Under the pieces are notes generated by a model. The model searched no databases and had not been told where the DNA came from. It worked only from the letters and a program-made list of their open reading frames with translations. Source: a virus (Duplodnaviria; Heunggongvirae; Uroviricota; Caudoviricetes). From it: a stretch of 46,862 nt of DNA. Positions within the stretch are counted from its first letter, which is position 1. Each line of letters begins with the position of its first letter. Positions 21,793 to 30,514 of the stretch are shown here, piece by piece. The translations under genes and the position numbers were made by a program. The DNA is taken from IMG/VR virus record IMGVR_UViG_3300012007_000008, positions 128,001 to 174,862 of that record. One strand, 5' to 3'.

Positions 21793-22740
21793 TTACATCT
21801 CGTCCGCCACTCGAGCGACCTCTGAGCGGAAGATATTCGGAAGTTCAACTTCTCCGTAAAATTTATATCCTCTGAAAACTTCGGACATCCGTCTCATTCC
21901 GTTATTGCTTCCGGCGTACTGTAAACGATCAACCTGTGTCATATAGTCACCGTCTATAATCACCGGAGTATCTTCTCCTATTCGCTGTAGAGCCAGTTTT
22001 AACAGACTAATTGAGAAATTCTGCGCTTCTGTGATATACACAGCTACGGGGCCATCATAGCCAGACGTATCAACCCCTCTAACATCAGCCATAGGGAGAA
22101 GAATCAATTTTTCGTCATACATTAGTTTCTTGACCCCGAATTCGCCTCCAAGCTTAGACTTAAGAAAATTTCCTACTTGGCTGTCTAAAAGCTTCTCATC
22201 TTTGGAGCCGGGGTAAAAACCAAGTTGACAGGCATCACCTACGGATACAGGATTTGCGAAAATAATTATCTTCTCAATCTTATGCTTTTCAAGCATAGCC
22301 ATTAAGCAACCAATCGATAGATAACTTTTTCCGCTCCCTGGCTTACCTTTAATCATTGTGACTTGGTTCGTCATAATAGAATCAAGCGCCATTTTTTGAT
22401 ATATATCTCCGTTATAGGGCTTAACCTGTCCAAAAAATTGAGACTTGACAGTCGGTGTTTTACACAAAACGTTTCGAGTTCCGTCCCATTTATATATTTC
22501 CTTATTACCAGATGTCTGATTTGTAATCACAACATATTGATTCGTCAATAGATTAAAAACGTTCTGCTCTGGGTTCTCAAAAAATTCCGCTAATTGTTCT
22601 TCTGAAAAATCCGCATCAACCCAACCGGTGTAATTGTCATTTTGCGTTTCCAGTTCTCTTTGATTAGGAATCCTGTATATCAGTCCCTACTTTTGAAAGT
22701 GGCGGACTAGATCCTAAGTGTTTATTCCATATTTATTCAT
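21793..22740 (-). CDS. phoH: PhoH-family ATPase (315 aa), TAG at codons 9 and 18
   Basis: GKPGSGKS, LGFYPG, TEAQN, RIGEDT, DGD..QVD and IFRS motifs; ATG 22740 in frame via TAG 22714 and 22687. Confidence 0.85.
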
Positions 22741-22916
22741 TCTTTATCTACCTCAATACTTCTCAAACGTTCTCTTTCCTAGTATTCTTTTCTGCAAAGC
22801 TAGTTGAAAATCTAAGCTTTTATCAGATACGGAAGAGTAGTCCCTGGCAGATCAAATTGGGACAGTGTAATAAGTCCACTAAATTTTCTCCTGTTTGTAT
22901 AATTCTCTATTTCCAT
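22737..22916 (-). CDS. Small hypothetical protein (59 aa), 3 TAG
   Basis: Reading through TAG gives a frame ending in TGA that overlaps the phoH ATG (ATGA). Confidence 0.45.
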
Positions 22917-23133
22917 CCTTAATATAACGGTTTGTAGGTAATAAATACTTCATTGCCATCTCCCATGCGGAACGAGACGATGCTTAGTTTATCAAAATCG
23001 ATATTCGGCTTTGGGATATAAAAACAATGATTATCTGCATCCCACCTACCTTTAATAATAACCATCCGTATGCCTCCTTTTTAAATTTATTATGCTTGAC
23101 GCGTACTTAAGCTTATATTACGCCCAGATAAAC

Positions 23134-23206
23134 TGTGCCTGGAGGGGTTCGAACCCTCGACCCCACGATTAAAAGTCGTGTGCTCTGCCAACTGAGCTAC
23201 AGGCAC
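23134..23206 (-). tRNA. trnK: tRNA-Lys(UUU)
   Basis: Cloverleaf; anticodon arm CACGA-CTTTTAA-TCGTG. Confidence 0.93.
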
Positions 23207-23210
23207 TTGA

Positions 23211-23294
23211 TGCCAGAGGAGGGATTTGAACCCTCGATCTCATAGGAGCAGCGCATTTTAAGTGCGCTATGTATACCATTTCCATCACCCTGGC
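23211..23294 (-). tRNA. trnL: tRNA-Leu(UAA)
   Basis: Cloverleaf with long variable arm; anticodon arm GCGCA-CTTAAAA-TGCGC; A73. Confidence 0.9.
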
Positions 23295-23331
23295 ATGTTG
23301 CCGAGATCCGAAATCTCGGCCTTATAGCAAT

Positions 23332-23357
23332 TACTTCTGAAAATATGGCGGAAGTAA
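23332..23357 (-). promoter_or_regulatory. TTACT-N9-TTTTCAGAAGTA motif, copy 2
   Basis: Intergenic, just upstream of tRNA-Leu/tRNA-Lys. Confidence 0.65.
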
Positions 23358-23365
23358 GTCGTTAA

Positions 23366-24301
23366 TTAATGGGCAAATAAATCTGCTTCATGTAATTTTT
23401 CTAAATCAGAAATAAATTCTTCTCCGAACAATTTTACGTCTCTATCCTTCGCTTTGCCTGACTGTTTCCATTCCATGTAAGGCGCCATATGCCGTTCTAT
23501 AAGATTTGCGATATAAATACAGTCGTCTACGTTAAAGTGGCGGAAGAGTTTATTATTTGCCAAATAAAACAATGATTCATATGCTGATACATTATGGTGA
23601 TTGTAATAGTGTGCGTCTGTCGTGAGATTCCCGTTTCTGTCAACAAAACTCTTCGTGTATGGTTTCCCTATGTCGTGAAGAGCCGCCGCCGCTTCAAGTT
23701 TTTTATTCTCGGGCCAGTTCTCTCTGATATAATCTCTTGCGAGTTTCAGGTGGCGGCCGAGAGTGAGAGAGTGGTGCGAATTTTCCTGATCATAATCCCA
23801 GAAGGGATAATTATTATCTTCCCAAAATCCGGGTTCGGTATATTTTGTTAACGGACTATTAGAAAATATAATATTTACGGAATCGAAGCCCTCATAAGTC
23901 GACGCTGGCTGCCACGAATTACAGTGCTTAATAATTACTTTTGCAGGAACTTTTCTTTCTCTTGAAGTATTTCTTTCAAGACAGTCACCACAAGTACTCA
24001 TAATCATATATGCCGATTTTTTACACGGGATCTTTTTTATTTCTCCTAAGAACGCCATTCTTCTTTTGCGTTTTAAGTTCGTTGCGTCGTAGACTATGCT
24101 TTTACCTTCCGCAAGATCCCGCTTGATCCGCCTATGTAACTCCTGAAATAATTCCTGATTGTGTTCCTGATCACTTTCGTCTCCATAAAGTTCTTTCCGC
24201 AAAGTGTCGGACGAATGAATGACGTATCCAGGTTTAAGTGAATTAGCAAAGCTTGTCTTTCCGGCTCCAGCCAGACCTATTAGCATAAGCATTTCGGGCA
24301 T
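23366..24301 (-). CDS. Polynucleotide kinase-like P-loop domain fused to an HD phosphohydrolase (311 aa)
   Basis: GLAGAGKT, SSD.LR and YDATNL kinase motifs; HH..LG.H, LHDIGK and HEAD HD-domain motifs. Confidence 0.85.
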   Translation of the reverse strand: MPEMLMLIGLAGAGKTSFANSLKPGYVIHSSDTLRKELYGDESDQEHNQELFQELHRRIKRDLAEGKSIVYDATNLKRKRRMAFLGEIKKIPCKKSAYMIMSTCGDCLERNTSRERKVPAKVIIKHCNSWQPASTYEGFDSVNIIFSNSPLTKYTEPGFWEDNNYPFWDYDQENSHHSLTLGRHLKLARDYIRENWPENKKLEAAAALHDIGKPYTKSFVDRNGNLTTDAHYYNHHNVSAYESLFYLANNKLFRHFNVDDCIYIANLIERHMAPYMEWKQSGKAKDRDVKLFGEEFISDLEKLHEADLFAH

Positions 24302-25394
24302 TCTCTAAAAACCTCACTTTCTTATCTAATGTAAGTTGATTCCAGTATTCATTCGCGTTCTTCACTTTTCCGTCAAGAAGGGCGAATAACGGAGCGGAAT
24401 AGGGCGTCTTGGTCGCGTAAGCCGCAAAATCAGCGCGGTTCGTAGCTTTAGAAATCTCTTCATAAATCCTGTCTATTTCTTTACAGGTATTATCAATCTC
24501 CATCCTGAGTTCAGAAAACTGATCTTCATATTCCGGAAAATAAGTTAAAAATTCCGGCGCATCGTCCAATACTTTCAACATTCGTTTTTCCGTTACTGTT
24601 CCATTGCCGATTATGTGGTGAAGTGCGATCCATGCCGGCGATTTTACCTTGATTCGGTGCCAGTGGTTATCTACTACCACGAATCCTTCGCTGTCGTAGG
24701 GGAGTTCCTTTGCGACTTCAACGCATTCTTCCAGAGAAGAGAGAGAATACGTCTTTGGAGTAAATAAACCCAGGCTTTCAGCATTCCACGGGCGGCGTTC
24801 TTCAAAATCGTAAATATTGCGGCATCCGATCAAATATAAGGCGGGTTCTGGATACGGAACTACGATCCTGTTATATGGAGATACTAATTCAAAAATCCAG
24901 GTATACGGATAGGCAAGTTTGCTGAGATCTACATTCTGCCTCTTGGCGGCGTAATCAAACAATTCTCTGAAATTGCGGAATCCGGCAGAGTTTGGCGGAA
25001 GAGGAGCATCGGCCGCATCAACACACCCGGAAGTCGAAACGTGCGTTCCGTTGCCGTCTTTCCAAACAATGATCATTGAACCGTCGATTTTTTCCTGGAC
25101 TTCTGCTTTAACCCAGTTGATTTCGTCAGCGTAAGATTCACCGTAGTTGCCGAATTTTCGAAACGGCATTGCTACCACTGTATAGTCAACGGTTCTGCCG
25201 GATAAGACATCCTCTCTGATGATCAGACTACGGCATTCGCGGACAAGTTCATTTTTAAAATCCGCGTTAATATTATAATGCAGCATGATGTACGGTTTCT
25301 TTTCGATCACTTTTATTTGATAATCGTTTCTCAGCCGATCTTTCCAGTCATCAGGAAACGCGGCCATAAAATCCAGAATTCTCAATTTACTCAT
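24243..25394 (-). CDS. T4 Rnl1-like RNA ligase (383 aa)
   Basis: ECRSLI, PFRKFGN, EKIDGS (motif I), FELVSPYNRIVV, EGFVV and KVKS motifs; start MSKLR after GGAGG. Confidence 0.85.
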   Translation of the reverse strand: MSKLRILDFMAAFPDDWKDRLRNDYQIKVIEKKPYIMLHYNINADFKNELVRECRSLIIREDVLSGRTVDYTVVAMPFRKFGNYGESYADEINWVKAEVQEKIDGSMIIVWKDGNGTHVSTSGCVDAADAPLPPNSAGFRNFRELFDYAAKRQNVDLSKLAYPYTWIFELVSPYNRIVVPYPEPALYLIGCRNIYDFEERRPWNAESLGLFTPKTYSLSSLEECVEVAKELPYDSEGFVVVDNHWHRIKVKSPAWIALHHIIGNGTVTEKRMLKVLDDAPEFLTYFPEYEDQFSELRMEIDNTCKEIDRIYEEISKATNRADFAAYATKTPYSAPLFALLDGKVKNANEYWNQLTLDKKVRFLENARNAYANRSGWSRKDKLC

Positions 25395-25464
25395 AAAAAG
25401 AAGCCTCCTCTCTAATAGGAGACTTCTAAAACTGAGATGAAACCAAACCTCGAAAAAACGATGA

Positions 25465-25890
25465 TTAGCGGTTGAATAGCCCAGGCAATTCTCGCGGCTC
25501 GTAACTAAGCTTCTCAATGCTGTGTCCGGCTTTAGTTACTTTGCTAATATTCTTGTCCGTCAATGCGCCGTCAACTATAGATTGAAGAACTGAGTGTTCG
25601 TTTTTTATGTCTCGCCGCCTACGGAGTCTTGAGCGCAGATTCTTGATCAACAACCAGCTTCGGTACATGTCTAAGTTATCTGAGAACTCTATATAGTGCT
25701 CCAGATCCGAGATGGCGCGATCTTCGTAAGATAACTGTTTTGATATATGGCCGAATCTGAGTTTCGCGGTAGACGAATAATTGTTGAATTTTTTCAATTG
25801 TTCTTCTGCGAAAGTTGGAGAATCATATGAGGGGATTGCGTCCTTAAGAGCTTTTATACTTGCATTGATTTTGCGGCAATTGGTTGCCAT
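25465..25890 (-). CDS. Coiled-coil hypothetical protein (141 aa)
   Basis: AAGGAG RBS; DLEHYIEF...RRDIKNE...YEPR. Confidence 0.7.
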   Translation of the reverse strand: MATNCRKINASIKALKDAIPSYDSPTFAEEQLKKFNNYSSTAKLRFGHISKQLSYEDRAISDLEHYIEFSDNLDMYRSWLLIKNLRSRLRRRRDIKNEHSVLQSIVDGALTDKNISKVTKAGHSIEKLSYEPRELPGLFNR

Positions 25891-25934
25891 TAGATTTCTC
25901 CTTTCTGTTTTCTACTTTACGGCTTCCTAATAGA

Positions 25935-25960
25935 TACTTCTGAAAATCGGGATAAAGTAA
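25935..25960 (-). promoter_or_regulatory. TTACT-N9-TTTTCAGAAGTA motif, copy 3
   Basis: Intergenic, upstream of the operon leading to the RNA ligase and kinase. Confidence 0.65.
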
Positions 25961-25971
25961 GCTTCGATTTT

Positions 25972-26625
25972 TTAAGTGACGGACGGAGAAACAGATAATC
26001 TCCGCGATTTCGAGTATTCTATTGCTGTTTTAACATTTTCGGGACGGTAATATATATTTGTAGGTTTAACCATTTTTCCGTTTTTGAGTATGTATGGATT
26101 TGGCTTGAGAATCCCTATTATCCCTAATTCGATTAAAATATCATTGTATTTATCTATTGTTGCCAGAGATTTGTTTAACCCTTCGGTTATGTACGTCTGC
26201 GGCATATACCCGATTTTCCGCTTCATGTCAAATGTCGAAAACAGGGTACACATATATTTTAGAAGCCCCGATTTCTTGTTATGAGACTCGTAATTCATTA
26301 CTCTTGATATTTCATAGTCATGTACAGTAGTGAAAAAACTATCATCACAACATAACAGGCTATAATCAACAAGGTAGTGGAATCTGTCAATGTTGGAAAT
26401 AATTCCTTTTTCAAGTAATTCATCAAACCCAGCGGAAATTGCTCTGGCTAAAGATTTGCTTTCCGTGGCAGAAAGTTCGTAGGCAACTATTTTTTGAGTA
26501 ACAAGACCGGGCTTCCCGTCAGGGATATTTTTGGCATTTGAATGCAATAACAATCCGGTTAAGACCATAAAACCGTAGTCTGTAAGCTCTGTTAAATAGC
26601 GATTTTTAATGAAAATCTCACTCAT
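25972..26625 (-). CDS. Hypothetical protein, possibly winged-helix DNA binding (217 aa)
   Basis: RBS; C-terminal QTYITEGLNKSLATIDKYNDILIELGII...TNIY resembles a wHTH; borders the AT-rich divergence region. Confidence 0.55.
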   Translation of the reverse strand: MSEIFIKNRYLTELTDYGFMVLTGLLLHSNAKNIPDGKPGLVTQKIVAYELSATESKSLARAISAGFDELLEKGIISNIDRFHYLVDYSLLCCDDSFFTTVHDYEISRVMNYESHNKKSGLLKYMCTLFSTFDMKRKIGYMPQTYITEGLNKSLATIDKYNDILIELGIIGILKPNPYILKNGKMVKPTNIYYRPENVKTAIEYSKSRRLSVSPSVT

Positions 26626-27630
26626 ATTTTTAATTCCTCTCTCACTTCAATTTGTACCTTTCAGGTGTATAGTTTTAAAAAAATCTAATCATCATTTTTC
26701 TACATTCACGTACACTATATGGTCTATCTTATTACTCTAATAATATTATTACTCTAAACATATACAAAGCCGGTATTTTTTCGCTCTTAAACCTATCTTC
26801 TGAGTCTCTTTTAGTTTCAAACCCTTTATCTCGTCACTTGCAGCGCCGAGATATAAAAAGATCTACCTATTGATAAGAAAAGGTCGAGATAGAAGTCTGC
26901 TATAGATGAAATATAGGCGTAAAGATAATGACTAGTTAATTCACCATATCCAGGCATAACAGAATTTGACCGATTTGTTTAATGATAGTTTTTACATAAA
27001 TATTAAGGTCAAATATCTGTATTCGTGCAGGATTACAAGGAGATAAAATTATGCAGAATGGTTTGTCTTTTATATCTTTTAAGACTATTTTGAAAATCCG
27101 CTATTTTACTAGTTGGTAATTAATTAGTTTGAGGAATGATCCGATGTTTTTTTCGATGTTTTGTTCGAAGTTGCGCAAATTAAATATGTTTGTGGTTTTT
27201 CTATCAGAGAGATTCGTTATTATTCGCGATATGGGGAAGTGGTTATTCGATATAAGGGGAAGAAAGAGGAAAATTTTTGGGGTAGTGTGGGAGGTTACCT
27301 GCTAACCGGGAATTGTGGTGTTTCAATGGGGTCCAAAGTTTTATCCTACCCCCATAAATTATAGTTTGTGTGAGTTCTAATATAGTGTGCTCATGCAAAC
27401 TGTAAGTTACAAACAAACATATGTTCCCTATGTTACAATTAAACCATGAAAAGGATACAGGCAGGGGCTTGCTTTTCTAGCACAGGGGTGCGAATCAGTT
27501 TCATATTTGGGGTTTGAGTGTTTCACTCAAAATATCGTTTTTCCTGTTTTCGTTTATAGTCGTGAGTGTTTGAACGTCTCAAACACTGAATCTATAAATG
27601 AAAGCAATTGAATGAAAGTGAAGGTCTATT
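26626..27630. other. AT-rich ~1-kb divergent intergenic region (control region or origin candidate)
   Basis: Coding strand switches here; no credible ORF. Confidence 0.5.
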
Positions 27631-28269
27631 ATGTTGAACAAGATTTGGACAAAGTCGATCTGTCAGGCAACTGTTTACAATAAGAACGACAAGGCAATCG
27701 TTCTTAATGCACCCCGTGGGTTCATCGAAAACGGGAACAACGCCGAAACATGGCGTTCTGTAATTGACGATGCACACAAAGAACTTGTGCAGAATGGCGA
27801 CTTTTATGAGTCAGTTGCACGTGACTACACATCGATCAGGAAGCTCGAAACTGTTTATCTGTTCGCCGACGGCCTTGTGAACTGGAAATCAGCAGACGGA
27901 AAAGCGGGAACGGCTATGAATCCTGCTTGTGCTGAAATCATTGGATATCTTTCCCGGAATGAGGAAATTGACAAAAACAGAATGCGCACTCTGCTTATGG
28001 GGTGGATCGTATCCATTTACAGCGAGTCTGATTTGGATCTCGATAGTTCAGCCATTACTATTACCGGAAAACGGGTGGATGAGTTTATCTCCCGTATGGG
28101 AAAAGACAAGGCGAACAATCGTTTGGGCAACAAATCAATGGTATCCGGTAATAGGGAGACGATTTGGAAATCCAAAACGGCGTTCATGAGAGAATTGTGT
28201 CGTTGGACTGTTAGCGTGACACAAATGAAATACACCATTGTGCCACGTTTGGAGATTTCCGGAAACTGA
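27631..28269 (+). CDS. Hypothetical protein (212 aa)
   Basis: First ORF of the rightward arm, followed by a terminator. Confidence 0.75.
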   Translation: MLNKIWTKSICQATVYNKNDKAIVLNAPRGFIENGNNAETWRSVIDDAHKELVQNGDFYESVARDYTSIRKLETVYLFADGLVNWKSADGKAGTAMNPACAEIIGYLSRNEEIDKNRMRTLLMGWIVSIYSESDLDLDSSAITITGKRVDEFISRMGKDKANNRLGNKSMVSGNRETIWKSKTAFMRELCRWTVSVTQMKYTIVPRLEISGN

Positions 28270-28293
28270 ACAAATTATCCACTCGTTCAAATC

Positions 28294-28327
28294 GAGTGCC
28301 TGCTGAAAAGCGGGCACTCTTTTTTTT
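28294..28327 (+). terminator. Intrinsic terminator
   Basis: GAGTGCCTGCTGAAAAGCGGGCACTC followed by a T run. Confidence 0.75.
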
Positions 28328-28417
28328 AGTGTTTTTAAACTGAACAAGTTTCGAACTTGTTTCTTCCTATGTATAGACAAGTTCGCTGAACTTGTTCATA
28401 GATAGGAGGAAATAAGT

Positions 28418-29158
28418 ATGAGTAAGTACAGAATTCAATATAAGGATAAGCCCGTCACGGTCGGCGGGCGTATTGTCCCACCGTTCACTTTTTTTGTGAA
28501 TGAACAGGCAGTCATGACGGCATATCTTGCCGTCGACGAAATAAAGACGGACAAGCGCGGACGGGCGTTCTTGTCCATTCAGATTCTCTTGTCTGATTCA
28601 GGCAGAGGATTCTGGTATAGAGGCGTTTTATACGACAACGGGCGCGTTGCGTACATTGATGACGACAAACAATTCCACCGTTTGCGCGGGATATATCAGG
28701 GAGTGTACGACGGATTTATTTCCAAAATGGCGTCAACTGAGAGGCGTACTGCATCCGTCCGTCACGATTATGACGACGACGTGAGCGAGTTCGGAGCAAT
28801 ACCGACTATGCGTCAACCGCAGCGGGCTGACGATATAGTCCGGTACAAGGATACTAGGTATCAAATCGCTAAACTTTCGAGTTCTTATGACGGCTCCAAA
28901 GACTTTAACGAGAATAGATCTACCAATACGCCAATGTATTGGTGGACTCTCGAGAATGAAGGGCGTGGAAAAATTACACGTTCTTGCGCAAAAACTAAGC
29001 GCAAGGATTACACTCCGGGGACTCCCATTTACGCAGGAAAAACCAAAACGACTAAACACAAAGTTCGGTCGGAATACCTCGCTCAGTTTAATAAAGAAGA
29101 TTGGGCTGAAGTTATCTTCAGAGACGCCATGTTGGCGTTGCGGGACGATTTCGCATAA
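28418..29158 (+). CDS. Hypothetical protein (246 aa)
   Basis: GGGAGG RBS; uninterrupted ORF. Confidence 0.75.
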   Translation: MSKYRIQYKDKPVTVGGRIVPPFTFFVNEQAVMTAYLAVDEIKTDKRGRAFLSIQILLSDSGRGFWYRGVLYDNGRVAYIDDDKQFHRLRGIYQGVYDGFISKMASTERRTASVRHDYDDDVSEFGAIPTMRQPQRADDIVRYKDTRYQIAKLSSSYDGSKDFNENRSTNTPMYWWTLENEGRGKITRSCAKTKRKDYTPGTPIYAGKTKTTKHKVRSEYLAQFNKEDWAEVIFRDAMLALRDDFA

Positions 29159-29167
29159 GTAAATAAC

Positions 29168-29200
29168 AAGCGTTCGCCGACGGTCGGCGGGCGCTTTTTT
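29168..29200 (+). terminator. Intrinsic terminator
   Basis: AAGCGTTCGCCGACGGTCGGCGGGCGC followed by a T run. Confidence 0.7.
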
Positions 29201-29220
29201 AGTTAAAAAAGGAGAGAAAA

Positions 29221-29460
29221 ATGAGCGCAACAGAATTAAATATCAAATGTAACAATATTAAGAACAACTTCGCAGAATCCGGCATGACCGCCGGAGAATT
29301 CTGGGATGCGTTCGCGGATTATTGCGGACGCGAGTCGGACAAAATTTGTGGCCGACGGGCTATGCGTTACGCAAAGCTGCAGAAGATCGCCGACGTCATC
29401 TGCAGTGTTTCCGCAATCGCCGGAACTGTGTCGGTGCTCATCATGACGGCTATCCACTAA
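29221..29460 (+). CDS. Small protein with C-terminal hydrophobic segment (79 aa)
   Basis: AAGGAG RBS. Confidence 0.65.
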   Translation: MSATELNIKCNNIKNNFAESGMTAGEFWDAFADYCGRESDKICGRRAMRYAKLQKIADVICSVSAIAGTVSVLIMTAIH

Positions 29461-29473
29461 AATAGGAGGAATT

Positions 29474-29732
29474 ATGCGCAAAAAAATACAAAGTGACCTG
29501 CTTTGATAGTAGGTCCTATAAAGTCGTACACAAGTTTTTCATAACTTACACCTGGGATTACCTGAATCACAGGTGGATTGAGTTCAGAGAGTCTCTCTAC
29601 GGCGTTTCAGAAAGATTCTTTTCCGGTTCGCCGGAAGAAGCAGTCAAAAGCTTCCTGCCCGGTATGAACGGTGTTAACGCCTGGCAATACTGGACAGTAA
29701 AGCCAGTGTCCATATATTTTTTCAGCCCTTGA
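29474..29732 (+). pseudogene. Small gene with an apparent +1 frameshift in an A7 run
   Basis: The ATG at 29474 after AGGAGG is out of frame with ORF 29493-29732 by one A (29480-29486). Confidence 0.45.
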
Positions 29733-29841
29733 CCGGTTCGACTCCGTTCAAGGGTTTTTCTATGCCTAAACGGTATAGGTTACTATTTCCGCGCTTCGAG
29801 ACGGTCTCGTGGCGCTTTTTTATTGATATAGGAGGTCCAAT

Positions 29842-30168
29842 ATGTTCACGATAGATCTTGTATTTGACATGGAGCACGACGACTATTCGACTTTTCAGGC
29901 GGCCACACTGGAGGAGGCTAACTCCCTCTTCGACGTCACTGTTAAAAAGGTCGGCACTTGTTATGAGTCGGCCACCATTACCCTGACCGACCCCTCCGGG
30001 CACGTCATCCGGGACTATGACAAGTCCTGGGGCTACGCCGTCCCGTCACTCGCCGACTGGCGTGCGGAGAATCCTGCTCCGTCATGCTCTACTAACCTGT
30101 CCAACCTGCTCCGCAAGGCCGGAGTTCTCGACCCGATCAGTTACGATTGGGTTCCGGCGGAGGCTTGA
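29842..30168 (+). CDS. Hypothetical protein (108 aa)
   Basis: AGGAGG RBS. Confidence 0.7.
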   Translation: MFTIDLVFDMEHDDYSTFQAATLEEANSLFDVTVKKVGTCYESATITLTDPSGHVIRDYDKSWGYAVPSLADWRAENPAPSCSTNLSNLLRKAGVLDPISYDWVPAEA

Positions 30169-30514
30169 TTGGGCTGATCCCTAACGGTTCGGGGATAGAT
30201 GAACCGTACACGTTATCTGTGGCGTGTCTAATCATCACAGTGGCGTAGCGCTCCCAAAGCGCCGTAACTCGTCGATTCCGCCAGATTGCTACAAGTAGGT
30301 TTTGCGCCATGGATAAGATGTCGAGATCGTACTATCTCGAACACCCAGGGCAAAATCTATGGCTATCACACCTGATCGTTATTATTTTGATCACTGGCGG
30401 TTTCTTATATATAGAGGTGAAGAATAGATAGAGAAGAACCCTTGACCTAAGGCGGGTACGGTCTTAGTTCGAGGGTTTTGCTGTATCTATTGTTCAGAAA
30501 AAATTTCGCGGAGT

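Noticed and set aside
1-22916. Left-arm genes as pseudogenes of a decayed prophage, or as G-to-T damage/sequencing artefacts (GAG to TAG)
   Set aside because: Only TAG interrupts the frames. G-to-T damage would also create TAA (from GAA) and TGA (from GGA), and decay would give frameshifts. A cognate CUA tRNA is present and the right arm is unaffected.
23211-23294. Ochre suppressor
   Set aside because: The anticodon is UAA, which reads UUA (Leu); an ochre suppressor would have anticodon UUA. Long variable arm and A73 fit Leu.
27161-27364. 67-aa ORF in the divergence region
   Set aside because: No RBS, TTG start, low-complexity composition
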